Below, piece after piece: positions 24,116-31,964 of a stretch of DNA of 64,000 nt. Numbering within the stretch: the stretch's first letter is position 1; each line of letters opens with the position of its first letter. The notes below the pieces were generated by a model. That model saw only the letters and a list, made by a program, of their open reading frames with translations, made no database searches and was not told where the DNA came from. Source of the stretch: Rickettsiales bacterium (GTDB lineage Bacteria > Pseudomonadota > Alphaproteobacteria > Rickettsiales > UBA1997); NCBI GenBank assembly GCA_017999675.1, contig JAGNLL010000001.1, positions 196,472 to 260,471 on the forward strand. The letters run 5' to 3'. Position numbers and translations under genes: made by a program.

Positions 24116-24742
24116 ATGAATAAGCAAAAAATCGACCAAATTTTTGCAATTTGGCAGCAGCAAAATCCTCATCCAAAAACCGAGTTGGTTTTTACAAATC
24201 ACTACACGCTTTTGGTTGCCGTGGTGCTTTCGGCGCAAAGCACTGACGTTGGCGTAAACAAAGCAACGAAAGAGCTTTTTAAAGTTGCCAACACGCCAGA
24301 AAAAATGCTGAAACTGGGTGAAAAAAATCTAAAAAAATACATCAACACCATCGGCCTCTACAACGGCAAAGCAGCCAATATTATCGCGCTTTCAAAGCGA
24401 CTAGTTGAAGATTTTAATTCAGAAGTTCCTGAAAATTTTAACAGCCTAATTTCCCTGCCAGGTGTCGGCCAAAAAACCGCCAATGTCGTGTTAAACTGCG
24501 CCTTCGGCCACCCAACAATCGCCGTCGACACCCACGTTTTTCGCGTAGCAAACCGCCTAGGATTTGTCGACGAAACCACCCCCGAAAAAACCGAAACCGC
24601 CTTAATGAAAGCCATCCCCAAAAAATGGCAAACCCACGCCCATCACTGGATGATTCTGCACGGGCGCTATGTTTGTCAGGCAAGAAAACCGAAATGTGGC
24701 GAGTGTTTGGTTAGAGAATTTTGCAAGTTTTACTCGGTCTAA
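24116..24742 (+). CDS. nth: Endonuclease III
   Basis: 208 aa. HhH-GPD motif LPGVGQKTANVVL, catalytic D (VDTHVFRV), and a C-terminal 4Fe-4S Cys cluster CQARKPKCGECLVREFC. Confidence 0.92.
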   Translation: MNKQKIDQIFAIWQQQNPHPKTELVFTNHYTLLVAVVLSAQSTDVGVNKATKELFKVANTPEKMLKLGEKNLKKYINTIGLYNGKAANIIALSKRLVEDFNSEVPENFNSLISLPGVGQKTANVVLNCAFGHPTIAVDTHVFRVANRLGFVDETTPEKTETALMKAIPKKWQTHAHHWMILHGRYVCQARKPKCGECLVREFCKFYSV

Positions 24743-24744
24743 AG

Positions 24745-24790
24745 CCCCGCCCTCATTTTTACAAACCTCTTCTCCATTTTTTAAAAAACC
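24745..24790 (+). repeat. Left copy of an imperfect ~50-nt direct repeat bracketing the fic cassette
   Basis: CCCCGCCCTCATTTTTACAAACCTCTTCTCCATTTTTTAAAAAACC. The first 16 nt are identical to 27041-27056, and the rest is similar (AAA.CCT.TC...TTTT.TAAAAAA..CC). Confidence 0.5.
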
Positions 24791-24822
24791 AAGATTCCTC
24801 CCTTGCAAACCATAAGGTTATA

Positions 24823-24855
24823 CTTTACAGTTTATGAATCATAAAAACTGTAAGG
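24823..24855 (+). promoter_or_regulatory. Inverted repeat (candidate operator / RBS-occluding hairpin) just upstream of fic
   Basis: TTACAGTTT (24825-24833) and AAACTGTAA (24845-24853) are separated by ATGAATCATAA, which contains the palindrome ATGA-A-TCAT. The element ends 8 nt before the ATG and overlaps the AAGG Shine-Dalgarno. Confidence 0.35.
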
Positions 24856-24862
24856 TAAAAAA

Positions 24863-25846
24863 ATGGATTACAAAAAACTCACCGAAAAAAAGAAAATATT
24901 AGATAAGCACAGGCCTTTTGACGCCGCGCTGGTAAAGAACCTAGAAGAATGGTTTAGAATCGAATTAACCTACACCAGCAACGCCATCGAAGGAAACACT
25001 TTGTCGCGCGCCGAAACCGCTTTGGTTGTTGAAAAAGGTTTAACTATCGGCGGTAAATCAATAACTGAACATCTTGAAGCAACTAATACCGCTCACGCTC
25101 TCGATTTTGTTAAAACACAAATCAAGCGCAAACCAAGTGAGATTAAAGAAAAAGACATCCTAAAAATTCACGAAATTATTTTAAGCAGAATCAATAAAGA
25201 AGATGCCGGCCTTTACCGTCGTGTTCCTGTGCGCATTTCTGGCTCTGGCGTTGTTTTGCCAAATCCAAAAAAAGTCCAAGACCTAATGGATGAATTTTTC
25301 TTGTGGCTAAAAAAAGAAACCAAACTTCACGCCGTAGAATTAGCCGCCGAAGCCCATTATCGTTTAGTCACAATTCACCCTTTCATTGATGGCAATGGCC
25401 GAACCGCGCGCCTGTTGATGAATATGATTTTAATGATGAAAGGTTTTCCACCAGCAATCATCCGCAAAAATGACCGCTTGGCCTATATTAAATCTTTAGA
25501 AAAACCGCAGTTGGTTAATGGCGAAGGCGATTCAAAAAATGATTATTTCAAGCTGATTGCGGCAGCCGTTGATCGTTCGCTAAACATTTATCTCAAAGCA
25601 ATTGAAGGCGAAACCGAAGCGCCGGAGAATGAAAAACTTCTAAAAATTGGCGAGCTTGCCAAAGCAACAAATCAAACCGTTCCAACTATTAGACATTGGA
25701 CAAAAGAGGGTTTGTTGAGAATTGCAGAAGTCACAGAATCTGGCTATCAAATGTATGATGCTGAGATGATTGAGCGGGTAAAAAAAATTCAGGAGATGAA
25801 GGAAAAACGAATGACGCTTGGAGAGATTAAAAAGGATTTGAAATAA
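24863..25846 (+). CDS. Fic (Fido) family protein, class II (internal inhibitory helix), fused to a C-terminal MerR-type HTH
   Basis: 327 aa. Inhibitory motif TSNAIEGN [(S/T)xxxE(G/N)], active-site motif HPFIDGNGRTARLLMN, and a C-terminus IGELAKATNQTVPTIRHWTKEGLL...SGYQMYD like the N-terminal HTH of MerR regulators. Confidence 0.8.
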   Translation: MDYKKLTEKKKILDKHRPFDAALVKNLEEWFRIELTYTSNAIEGNTLSRAETALVVEKGLTIGGKSITEHLEATNTAHALDFVKTQIKRKPSEIKEKDILKIHEIILSRINKEDAGLYRRVPVRISGSGVVLPNPKKVQDLMDEFFLWLKKETKLHAVELAAEAHYRLVTIHPFIDGNGRTARLLMNMILMMKGFPPAIIRKNDRLAYIKSLEKPQLVNGEGDSKNDYFKLIAAAVDRSLNIYLKAIEGETEAPENEKLLKIGELAKATNQTVPTIRHWTKEGLLRIAEVTESGYQMYDAEMIERVKKIQEMKEKRMTLGEIKKDLK

Positions 25847-25919
25847 AAAATTTTAATGTTGGGTGTTGGGATTTGGCGCCTTTACCGTCTCAACCCCACC
25901 CTTTCTTTATTTAGGTTAG

Positions 25920-26861
25920 TTAAGCTGCCATTTTATCTTCGATTCTTACTCCAAGTGATGAAGATTTATCTAATTGGATATTCTTGTTTAAAAATATTGA
26001 TGAATATCGCTCAACAATTCCAGATCTCGCTTGCTCTAACAAGTCTGCAAACTTTACATCTAGATCATCACTTATGCTGTGCAAATTCTCCTTATCTTTA
26101 GAATAGTAGGGAGAATATTCTATGTAACAAAGAAGGGCCATGGCAGCATTATATTCTTTAGGAAGAGTTATTTCTTTGTTATCTATTTGTACTACAGTTG
26201 GATCAGCTGCATATATTTTACTTATGATCTCAATATACTTTTTGATATCCTGTCCTAAGTACGACTTAGGGTCAGTCTCTTGACCAAATCTATCCAATGT
26301 AAGACACATATGTTCTTTTGCCATTTTTGATGGCTCATCACCAAATCTAGCTTTGATAAGCTCCAGATAAATAAAGAACTGAAATGCAAGTATGCCAGAA
26401 TAAATAAGTGAATTTAGATTTTCATTGTCACTCAAATTAGAATTTTCTTCCGCGAAACTTAAAGGCTTAGTCTGATTTATGAAGTCGTATATAGGGAGAT
26501 TTGCAATCGCAAACAAAGTAAGTTTCTTTTTAGGCCAGCCATCTAAAATTAGATCAATAATAAAAGAATCTTTGTTGCCCGTTATTATATATCGAATTGA
26601 CCAACCAACTCCATAGCTAAACGATGCAACTAAAATACCAATTATAGCCGGAACTATACCTTCAGAGAATAAACCCCATACACTAATCATAAGTATAACG
26701 GTACCAATTATCGTAAAAATTGAGTATACGACTGTTGCAAGGCGTTCTTTCATAATTTTTATTAAATGAGAAAAGTGATTACTAAATGGTTTAGCTAATT
26801 CTTTATTTAAATATTGTAAATACTGGCTGCACAAATTCAGGAGAATGCTTCTATTTTGCAA
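25920..26861 (-). CDS. Hypothetical membrane protein, A+T-rich (probable foreign origin)
   Basis: 313-aa ORF (TTG start in the track; the first ATG at 26753 gives MKERLATVVYS...). Two predicted TM helices (VVYSIFTIIGTVILMISVWGLF; IVPAIIGILVASFSYGVGW) precede a ~220-aa soluble domain in which I recognise no motif. Hand counts of two 60-nt lines give 30-33% G+C, against 35-50% in neighbouring genes. ATA and TTA codons are frequent. Confidence 0.55.
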   Translation of the reverse strand: MQNRSILLNLCSQYLQYLNKELAKPFSNHFSHLIKIMKERLATVVYSIFTIIGTVILMISVWGLFSEGIVPAIIGILVASFSYGVGWSIRYIITGNKDSFIIDLILDGWPKKKLTLFAIANLPIYDFINQTKPLSFAEENSNLSDNENLNSLIYSGILAFQFFIYLELIKARFGDEPSKMAKEHMCLTLDRFGQETDPKSYLGQDIKKYIEIISKIYAADPTVVQIDNKEITLPKEYNAAMALLCYIEYSPYYSKDKENLHSISDDLDVKFADLLEQARSGIVERYSSIFLNKNIQLDKSSSLGVRIEDKMAA

Positions 26862-27040
26862 TCACATCATCTTGATTCCAAATGAAAAACTAACAGAGAT
26901 CCTCGATGCTTTGCATCAAGTATGACGACTACTTTAAAATAATGAGAGCTTAAGCACAACACACCCTCTAGCCCAAAAGTTTTTTTTCTGGAAAATTAGC
27001 ATCAGCCAAAAGATAGTCTGCGCCACTTATTTGAAAACCT

Positions 27041-27093
27041 CCCCGCCCTCATTTTTGGAAAGCCTTCCGAAATCTCTTTTCTTAAAAAATACC
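27041..27093 (+). repeat. Right copy of the imperfect direct repeat bracketing the fic cassette
   Basis: CCCCGCCCTCATTTTTGGAAAGCCTTCCGAAATCTCTTTTCTTAAAAAATACC, ending immediately before the metK GTG. Confidence 0.5.
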
Positions 27094-28251
27094 GTGCCAA
27101 AAAATTTTCTATTCACCTCAGAGTCAGTGTCTGAAGGTCATCCCGACAAAGTTTGTGATCAAATTTCTGACGCTTTAGTTGATGCTTACCTTGCTAAAAA
27201 CCCTTATTCGCGACTCGCGATTGAAACTTTTGCTACCACCAACACCGTAATTATCGGTGGCGAAATTCGTGCACCGGAAATTTCTAAAAGCGAAATTGAA
27301 AATATTATTCGCGCTACCGTCAAAGATATTGGCTACGATCAGACCGGTTTTCATTTTGAAAATTTGAAAATTACTAACCTGCTTCACGAGCAATCAGCTG
27401 ACATTGCCATGGGCGTTGATGCTTCTGGCTCTAAAGACGAAGGCGCTGGCGATCAAGGAATTATGTTTGGCTACGCTTGCCGCGAAACCGACGTTTTAAT
27501 GCCTGCCGCCATTTATTACGCGCACCGAATTTTGCACAATATCATGGACGCGGTTAGATCTGGAGAGCTTCCAAAACTTGGGCCCGATGCTAAAAGCCAA
27601 GTGACTTTGTGGTATGAAAACGGCCAGCCTGTGCGCGCTGAAACTGTTTTGGTGTCGATTCAACACCCCGAAGGAACAACGCAGCAACAAGTGCGCGACC
27701 TAATTCGCCCTTACGTTGAAAGCTCGCTACCAAAAGGCTGGATGTGCGCTGAAGATAAATTTTTGGTTAACCCAACTGGCAAATTTGTAATTGGTGGGCC
27801 TGACGGTGACGCTGGACTTACCGGCAGAAAGATCATCGTCGACACTTACGGCGGCGCAGCACCGCATGGTGGTGGTGCTTTTTCTGGAAAAGATCCAACC
27901 AAGGTTGATCGCTCTGCCGCCTACATGGCGCGCTATTTGGCGAAGAATATTGTGGCGGCTGATCTTGCCGCGCGCTGCACAATTCAAATTGCTTACGCCA
28001 TTGGCGTTTCAAAACCTTTAGCGCTTTATGTTGATACGCATAACACTGGCGCAGTTGGAGAAGATTTGGTAAAAAAAATTAACGAGTTGGTTGATTTAAG
28101 CCCGCGTGGAATTCGCACGCATTTGAATTTGAACAAACCAATTTACAAACGCACGGCAACCTACGGCCACTTTGGTCGCACGCCAGATGCTGAAGGTGGA
28201 TTTTCGTGGGAAAAAACTGACTTAGCTGAGAAGTTGAAGAAGTTGGCGTAA
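27094..28251 (+). CDS. metK: S-adenosylmethionine synthase
   Basis: [28 protein letters not shown] and a conserved C-terminus. I prefer GTG 27094 ((M)[11 protein letters not shown], 385 aa) to the track TTG 27031, which reads through the direct repeat. Confidence 0.93.
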   Translation: MPKNFLFTSESVSEGHPDKVCDQISDALVDAYLAKNPYSRLAIETFATTNTVIIGGEIRAPEISKSEIENIIRATVKDIGYDQTGFHFENLKITNLLHEQSADIAMGVDASGSKDEGAGDQGIMFGYACRETDVLMPAAIYYAHRILHNIMDAVRSGELPKLGPDAKSQVTLWYENGQPVRAETVLVSIQHPEGTTQQQVRDLIRPYVESSLPKGWMCAEDKFLVNPTGKFVIGGPDGDAGLTGRKIIVDTYGGAAPHGGGAFSGKDPTKVDRSAAYMARYLAKNIVAADLAARCTIQIAYAIGVSKPLALYVDTHNTGAVGEDLVKKINELVDLSPRGIRTHLNLNKPIYKRTATYGHFGRTPDAEGGFSWEKTDLAEKLKKLA

Positions 28252-28280
28252 GTTTTTTACACCGAGTCTTCGTTAGCACT

Positions 28281-28360
28281 GGATTGCCGCGCTGCGCTCG
28301 CAATGACGGCGTGGGAAGGTCACTCCTAGCACCGTCATTGCGAGCGCAGCGTGGCAATCC
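28281..28360. repeat. Repeat family D, inverted pair forming a ~29-bp hairpin
   Basis: GGATTGCCGCGCTGCGCTCGCAATGACGG (28281-28309), a 22-nt loop, then CCGTCATTGCGAGCGCAGCGTGGCAATCC (28332-28360). There is one mismatch. Confidence 0.85.
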
Positions 28361-28388
28361 ATTAACACAATCACACTTTACATTAATC

Positions 28389-28787
28389 ATGCACCTCATC
28401 CTCATCGCAATCGGCGGCGCGCTTGGCTCAGTGACTCGCTACCTGTCATCTGAATTAATTTTACAAATCGTAAAATTTAACAATTCCTCACTCGCAAAAT
28501 TTCCTTGGCCAACTTTTTGCGTAAACGTTCTCGGCTCACTCCTCGCCGGCGCTGCCTACTTCTTCGTCATCAAAAATTTCGACAATTTTGACCCGCGTTT
28601 GAAAAACTTTTTATTTGTCGGATTCCTCGGCGGCTTCACCACCTTCTCCGCTTTCTCGCTTGACTTCTTTCGCCTAGCAACCGCCGGCCAATATTCACAA
28701 GCCTTGCTCTATGCTTTAGCTTCCGTCACAATTTCAATTCTGGCGCTGTTTTTTGGCTTTTATTTATCAAAATTAATTTTCTCTTAA
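28389..28787 (+). CDS. crcB: Fluoride ion channel CrcB/Fluc
   Basis: 132 aa from ATG 28389 (MHLILIAIGGALGSVTRY...), with four TM segments and GFLGGFTTFSAF. The track start 28284 reads through repeat family D. Confidence 0.88.
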   Translation: MHLILIAIGGALGSVTRYLSSELILQIVKFNNSSLAKFPWPTFCVNVLGSLLAGAAYFFVIKNFDNFDPRLKNFLFVGFLGGFTTFSAFSLDFFRLATAGQYSQALLYALASVTISILALFFGFYLSKLIFS

Positions 28788-28788
28788 G

Positions 28789-29694
28789 ATGTCTCTAATC
28801 CAAGTAAATCCTGACTTTGCGGGGCTACGCCTCGACAAGTTTTTGTGCAAAAAATTCGACATTTCTTTTGGGTTGGCGCAAAAAGTAATTCGCGAAAAGA
28901 AAGTTAAAGTAAATGGTGCACGAGTTGATGCAGCCTACAAAACAGAAGATGGCGACCAGATTGAAATTTACACTGATCTGCAAAACCGCACCAAAACCGA
29001 AAAGAAAAAACCAAATATTTCTCCCGAAAAATTAAAAAAATTTGCTTCGTGGATTTTATTTGAAGACGAAAATCTAATCGCCATCAACAAGCCATCTGGC
29101 CTTGCCACTCAAGGCGGCAGCTTAATTGATATTTCGGTTGATGATTTTTTAACTGCCCAAAACATGGCGCCAAATAATCCAGCGGGCCAAAAATTACAGC
29201 TAGTTCACAGGCTCGACAAAGACACCAGTGGCATTTTGCTAATTGCTAAAAATTCAAAATCTGCCGAATTTTTAACCGACGCCTTCCGCAACAAAACCAT
29301 CAAAAAGACTTATCTGGCGCTGGTTGACGGCGAATTCAAAAAAGCTAATGGCGTCATTAACATTCCACTACGCAAACAACTAACCGGCAAAAACGAAAAA
29401 GTGCGCCCCGATTTTACCGACGGCAAAGAAGCGATCACCGAATTTAAAAAACTCAAAGATTTTGGCGACCACGCTTTGCTAGAGCTAAACCCCCTCACCG
29501 GCCGCACCCACCAAATCAGAGTTCACTGCAAAGAATTGGGCCACCCCGTAATCAATGACATCAAATATGGCGGCAAAGATGTGGTGCGCAAAGACATCTG
29601 CAAACGCCTTTGCCTGCACGCGAAAAAAATTGAGATCGCAGATTATTTTGGAAAAAGTTTGAAAATAGAAACCGCTCAACCAGAGTTCATTTAA
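28789..29694 (+). CDS. RluA-family 23S rRNA pseudouridine synthase (RluC/RluD-like)
   Basis: 301 aa. S4-like N-terminus (RLDKFL), catalytic HRLDKDTSGILLIAK, and GRTHQIRVH. Confidence 0.88.
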   Translation: MSLIQVNPDFAGLRLDKFLCKKFDISFGLAQKVIREKKVKVNGARVDAAYKTEDGDQIEIYTDLQNRTKTEKKKPNISPEKLKKFASWILFEDENLIAINKPSGLATQGGSLIDISVDDFLTAQNMAPNNPAGQKLQLVHRLDKDTSGILLIAKNSKSAEFLTDAFRNKTIKKTYLALVDGEFKKANGVINIPLRKQLTGKNEKVRPDFTDGKEAITEFKKLKDFGDHALLELNPLTGRTHQIRVHCKELGHPVINDIKYGGKDVVRKDICKRLCLHAKKIEIADYFGKSLKIETAQPEFI

Positions 29695-29851
29695 GGGGCG
29701 ACATCAACGGCAAAGGGCTCAAAGCATAGGTTTTTTAATTACCCTCGTTCGCTAATTAATGTTGCCCCGATACCTCATTTTCCTTGATCTCAGCAGATCA
29801 GCATTTGCGCTAAAAACCTCATCAACACATCAAACATCGAGAAATTTTGGC

Positions 29852-29893
29852 TTGACTGTTTCCTCAAGATAAAAAATACAATTAGTATACAAT
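29852..29893 (+). promoter_or_regulatory. Candidate promoter with duplicated TACAAT boxes upstream of the TA-like pair
   Basis: TTGACT (29852-29857), a 19-nt spacer, TACAAT (29877-29882), and a second TACAAT at 29888-29893. The spacer is long, so this is weak. The direct repeat could instead be an antitoxin operator. Confidence 0.3.
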
Positions 29894-29921
29894 CAGTTGT
29901 TTCACCACATTTGTTTTGAAT

Positions 29922-30197
29922 ATGAAAAACCCTATTTTTAGCTGGAGTGAGGAGAAAAATAAAATTCTCAAAGAGTCTCGAAACATTTCTTTTGAAAAAA
30001 TCATTACCGCGATTCAGGAAGGTGATTTGTTGGAAATTATTGCAAATCCCAGCAAAAATCACGAAGAGCAAGATTGTTTGGTGGTTGGCATTAAAGACTA
30101 CGCTTACATAGTTCCCTACGTTGAAAATGAAGAAGGGATTTTTTTAAAAACAATTTATCCGAGCAGAAAATATACGAGATTTTTACTTAAAAAATGA
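29922..30197 (+). CDS. BrnT-like (DUF497-related) toxin candidate
   Basis: 91 aa from ATG 29922. FSWSEEKNKILKESRNISFEKIITAI ... IVPYVENEEGIFLKTIYPSRKYT fits the F.WDE.KN......RGISFE / IFLKT.IPSRK pattern of small toxins that pair with CopG-type antitoxins. Confidence 0.5.
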   Translation: MKNPIFSWSEEKNKILKESRNISFEKIITAIQEGDLLEIIANPSKNHEEQDCLVVGIKDYAYIVPYVENEEGIFLKTIYPSRKYTRFLLKK

Positions 30198-30209
30198 CGA
30201 GCCCGATTT

Positions 30210-30500
30210 ATGAAAAACGATAAAAAAATTTACAGCGCAGCCGAGTTAAAATTGTTCAAAAAGATCGAGAGTGGCAAAGGCAAAGCCTTACCAAAAAAAG
30301 ATTTTACCAAAGAAAAAAACAAACTTCAAAAGATGGCCGCCAACACTTTGAAAAGGAAATCGATTAATATTCGAGTAATTGAAAGCGACATCGAAAAGAT
30401 CAAGGCCATAGCGCTAGATGAAGGCATACCTTACCAAACTTTTATTACTTCGATATTGCACAAGGTGGCTACGGGAAAGTTGGCGGGTTATCAAATTTAA
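30210..30500 (+). CDS. BrnA/CopG-family (ribbon-helix-helix) antitoxin candidate
   Basis: 96 aa. The C-terminus KSINIRVIESDIEKIKAIALDEGIPYQTFITSILHKVATGKL matches the I.IR....l..lK..A...GIPYQTLI.SILHKY signature. Confidence 0.6.
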   Translation: MKNDKKIYSAAELKLFKKIESGKGKALPKKDFTKEKNKLQKMAANTLKRKSINIRVIESDIEKIKAIALDEGIPYQTFITSILHKVATGKLAGYQI

Positions 30501-30516
30501 AATCTACAACCGAACT

Positions 30517-31629
30517 TTACACCACCTTACGCGGCAAATTTGCGCTCAATCTTGTTGTGATTTCGTAGTTAAACGACCCTGCCCAATCGCCCCAGTCTTC
30601 GGCACTTACCACATCTTTTTTGTCTTTGCCAATCACGGTTGCAACATCTCCCACATTCACTTTTTTTACGTCTGTCACGTCGATTACAATCATGTTCATT
30701 GTCACGCGACCAAGTTGTGGAGCTTTGATGCCGTTAACTAAAACATGGCCTTTGCCTGAAGAAATGCGCGGAATTCCGTCGAAATATCCAACCGGTAAAA
30801 TGGCAATTTTTGAGTCGCGCTGCAAAGTGAAAGTGCAGCCGTAGGAAATATGGCTGCCTTTTTGTAAATTTTTTAGTTCAACGATTTTGGCCTTCCACGA
30901 CAAGACCTGCTGCAGCTTGGCGGTTTTTTGGTTTCTTTCTGCCACTTCTTTTGACGACCAAAATCCGTAAAGCCCACCACCAATTCTAACCATGTCGAAG
31001 TGGGTTTCAAACTCAGAAATAAATGTTGCCGAAGTAGAGCTGGCGTGGTTTAAGGGTTTAATGCCAATTTCTGCCAAAGCTTTTTTCCAACGCATTAATT
31101 CGGCAATTTGTTTTTTGCTGTAGGTGTTAAAAGCCTTAGAATCAGAGGCGGCAAAGTGGGTGTAGAGAGCTTTTACTTCAATATTTTTGCTTTTAATTAA
31201 TTGCAAAACTTGCGGCATGTCGCTTGCAACAAAACCGTCGCGACCAAAGCCAGTATCTACACAAAGATGAATTACTAATTTTTTCTTGGTCGAAACTTTT
31301 TGCATTTTTTGCAAAATATCGAGGTTAGAAATTGACAGCTCAATGTTGTTTTTAATTGCCAGCTCAACTTGCTCTGGCAGCACTCGCCCCAAGGCCAAAA
31401 TCGGTTTGGTAATTTTGTTTTTTCTCAGTAAAAGCGTGTCTTCAAAATGGTAAGACGCAAAATAATCGACGTGATTTTTAAGTTGACTTACGACCTCTAA
31501 CATGCCGTGGCCGTAAGCGTTAGACTTAACCACCGCAATAAATTTAGTTTTTTTTGACAGCTGTTTTTTAATTTGCGCAACGTTGTTTAGCAGTGCCGAT
31601 TTGCTAATTTCAAGCCAAGTTAAACTCAC
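30517..31629 (-). CDS. alr: Alanine racemase
   Basis: 370 aa. PLP-lysine motif [11 protein letters not shown] and a C-terminal beta domain (YGCTF, VGYFDG). Confidence 0.9.
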   Translation of the reverse strand: MSLTWLEISKSALLNNVAQIKKQLSKKTKFIAVVKSNAYGHGMLEVVSQLKNHVDYFASYHFEDTLLLRKNKITKPILALGRVLPEQVELAIKNNIELSISNLDILQKMQKVSTKKKLVIHLCVDTGFGRDGFVASDMPQVLQLIKSKNIEVKALYTHFAASDSKAFNTYSKKQIAELMRWKKALAEIGIKPLNHASSTSATFISEFETHFDMVRIGGGLYGFWSSKEVAERNQKTAKLQQVLSWKAKIVELKNLQKGSHISYGCTFTLQRDSKIAILPVGYFDGIPRISSGKGHVLVNGIKAPQLGRVTMNMIVIDVTDVKKVNVGDVATVIGKDKKDVVSAEDWGDWAGSFNYEITTRLSANLPRKVV

Positions 31630-31949
31630 AAAACCTCGTTAAAAAAACAGTTTTTAGAACCAGTGTGGCAGGCCGCGCCCGTTTGGTTTACGCTAAGCAA
31701 AATGCAGTCAAAATCGCAATCGGCTTTAATTGAAACCACCTCTTGCAAATGCCCTGAGGTGTCGCCTTTTTTCCACAAAGAATTTCTTGAGCGCGAAAAA
31801 TAAGTGGCGAAACCGCTTGATATTGTAAGGCGCAAACTCTCTTCATTCATCCACGCCATCATTAAAACTTCACCAGTTTTTGCGTCTTGCGCAATTGCTG
31901 GAATTAATCCGTTTTGATCGAATTTTAACTTATTGAGAATGTTGGTCAT
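31626..31949 (-). CDS. hisI: Phosphoribosyl-AMP cyclohydrolase
   Basis: 107 aa. Motifs: [43 protein letters not shown]. Confidence 0.88.
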   Translation of the reverse strand: MTNILNKLKFDQNGLIPAIAQDAKTGEVLMMAWMNEESLRLTISSGFATYFSRSRNSLWKKGDTSGHLQEVVSIKADCDFDCILLSVNQTGAACHTGSKNCFFNEVL

Positions 31950-31964
31950 GGACTAAAAATAATT

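Noticed and set aside
25847-25919. Bidirectional terminator or family B relative between fic and the membrane gene (GTTGGGTGTTGGG ... CAACCCCACCC)
   Set aside because: The pairing is imperfect and short. Similarity to the family B arm (CCACCCCAACCCC) is limited to a C/A-rich run. This is not enough to call.
26862-27093. SAM riboswitch in the metK leader
   Set aside because: I could not recognise SAM-II or SAM-V type pseudoknot motifs or a SAM-I four-way junction. The region is better explained by the direct repeat and an A+T-rich spacer.
28252-28388. Fluoride riboswitch expected upstream of crcB
   Set aside because: The spacer is almost entirely occupied by the family D inverted pair. I could not find the conserved crcB-motif elements (GGnGAUG...GUUC...CUGAUGAUGCCUAC-like).
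28079-28405. 108-aa minus-strand ORF and the 28284 start of the crcB ORF
   Set aside because: Both owe their length to the stop-free family D repeat. The minus ORF is antisense to the conserved metK 3' end, and crcB homology begins at ATG 28389.
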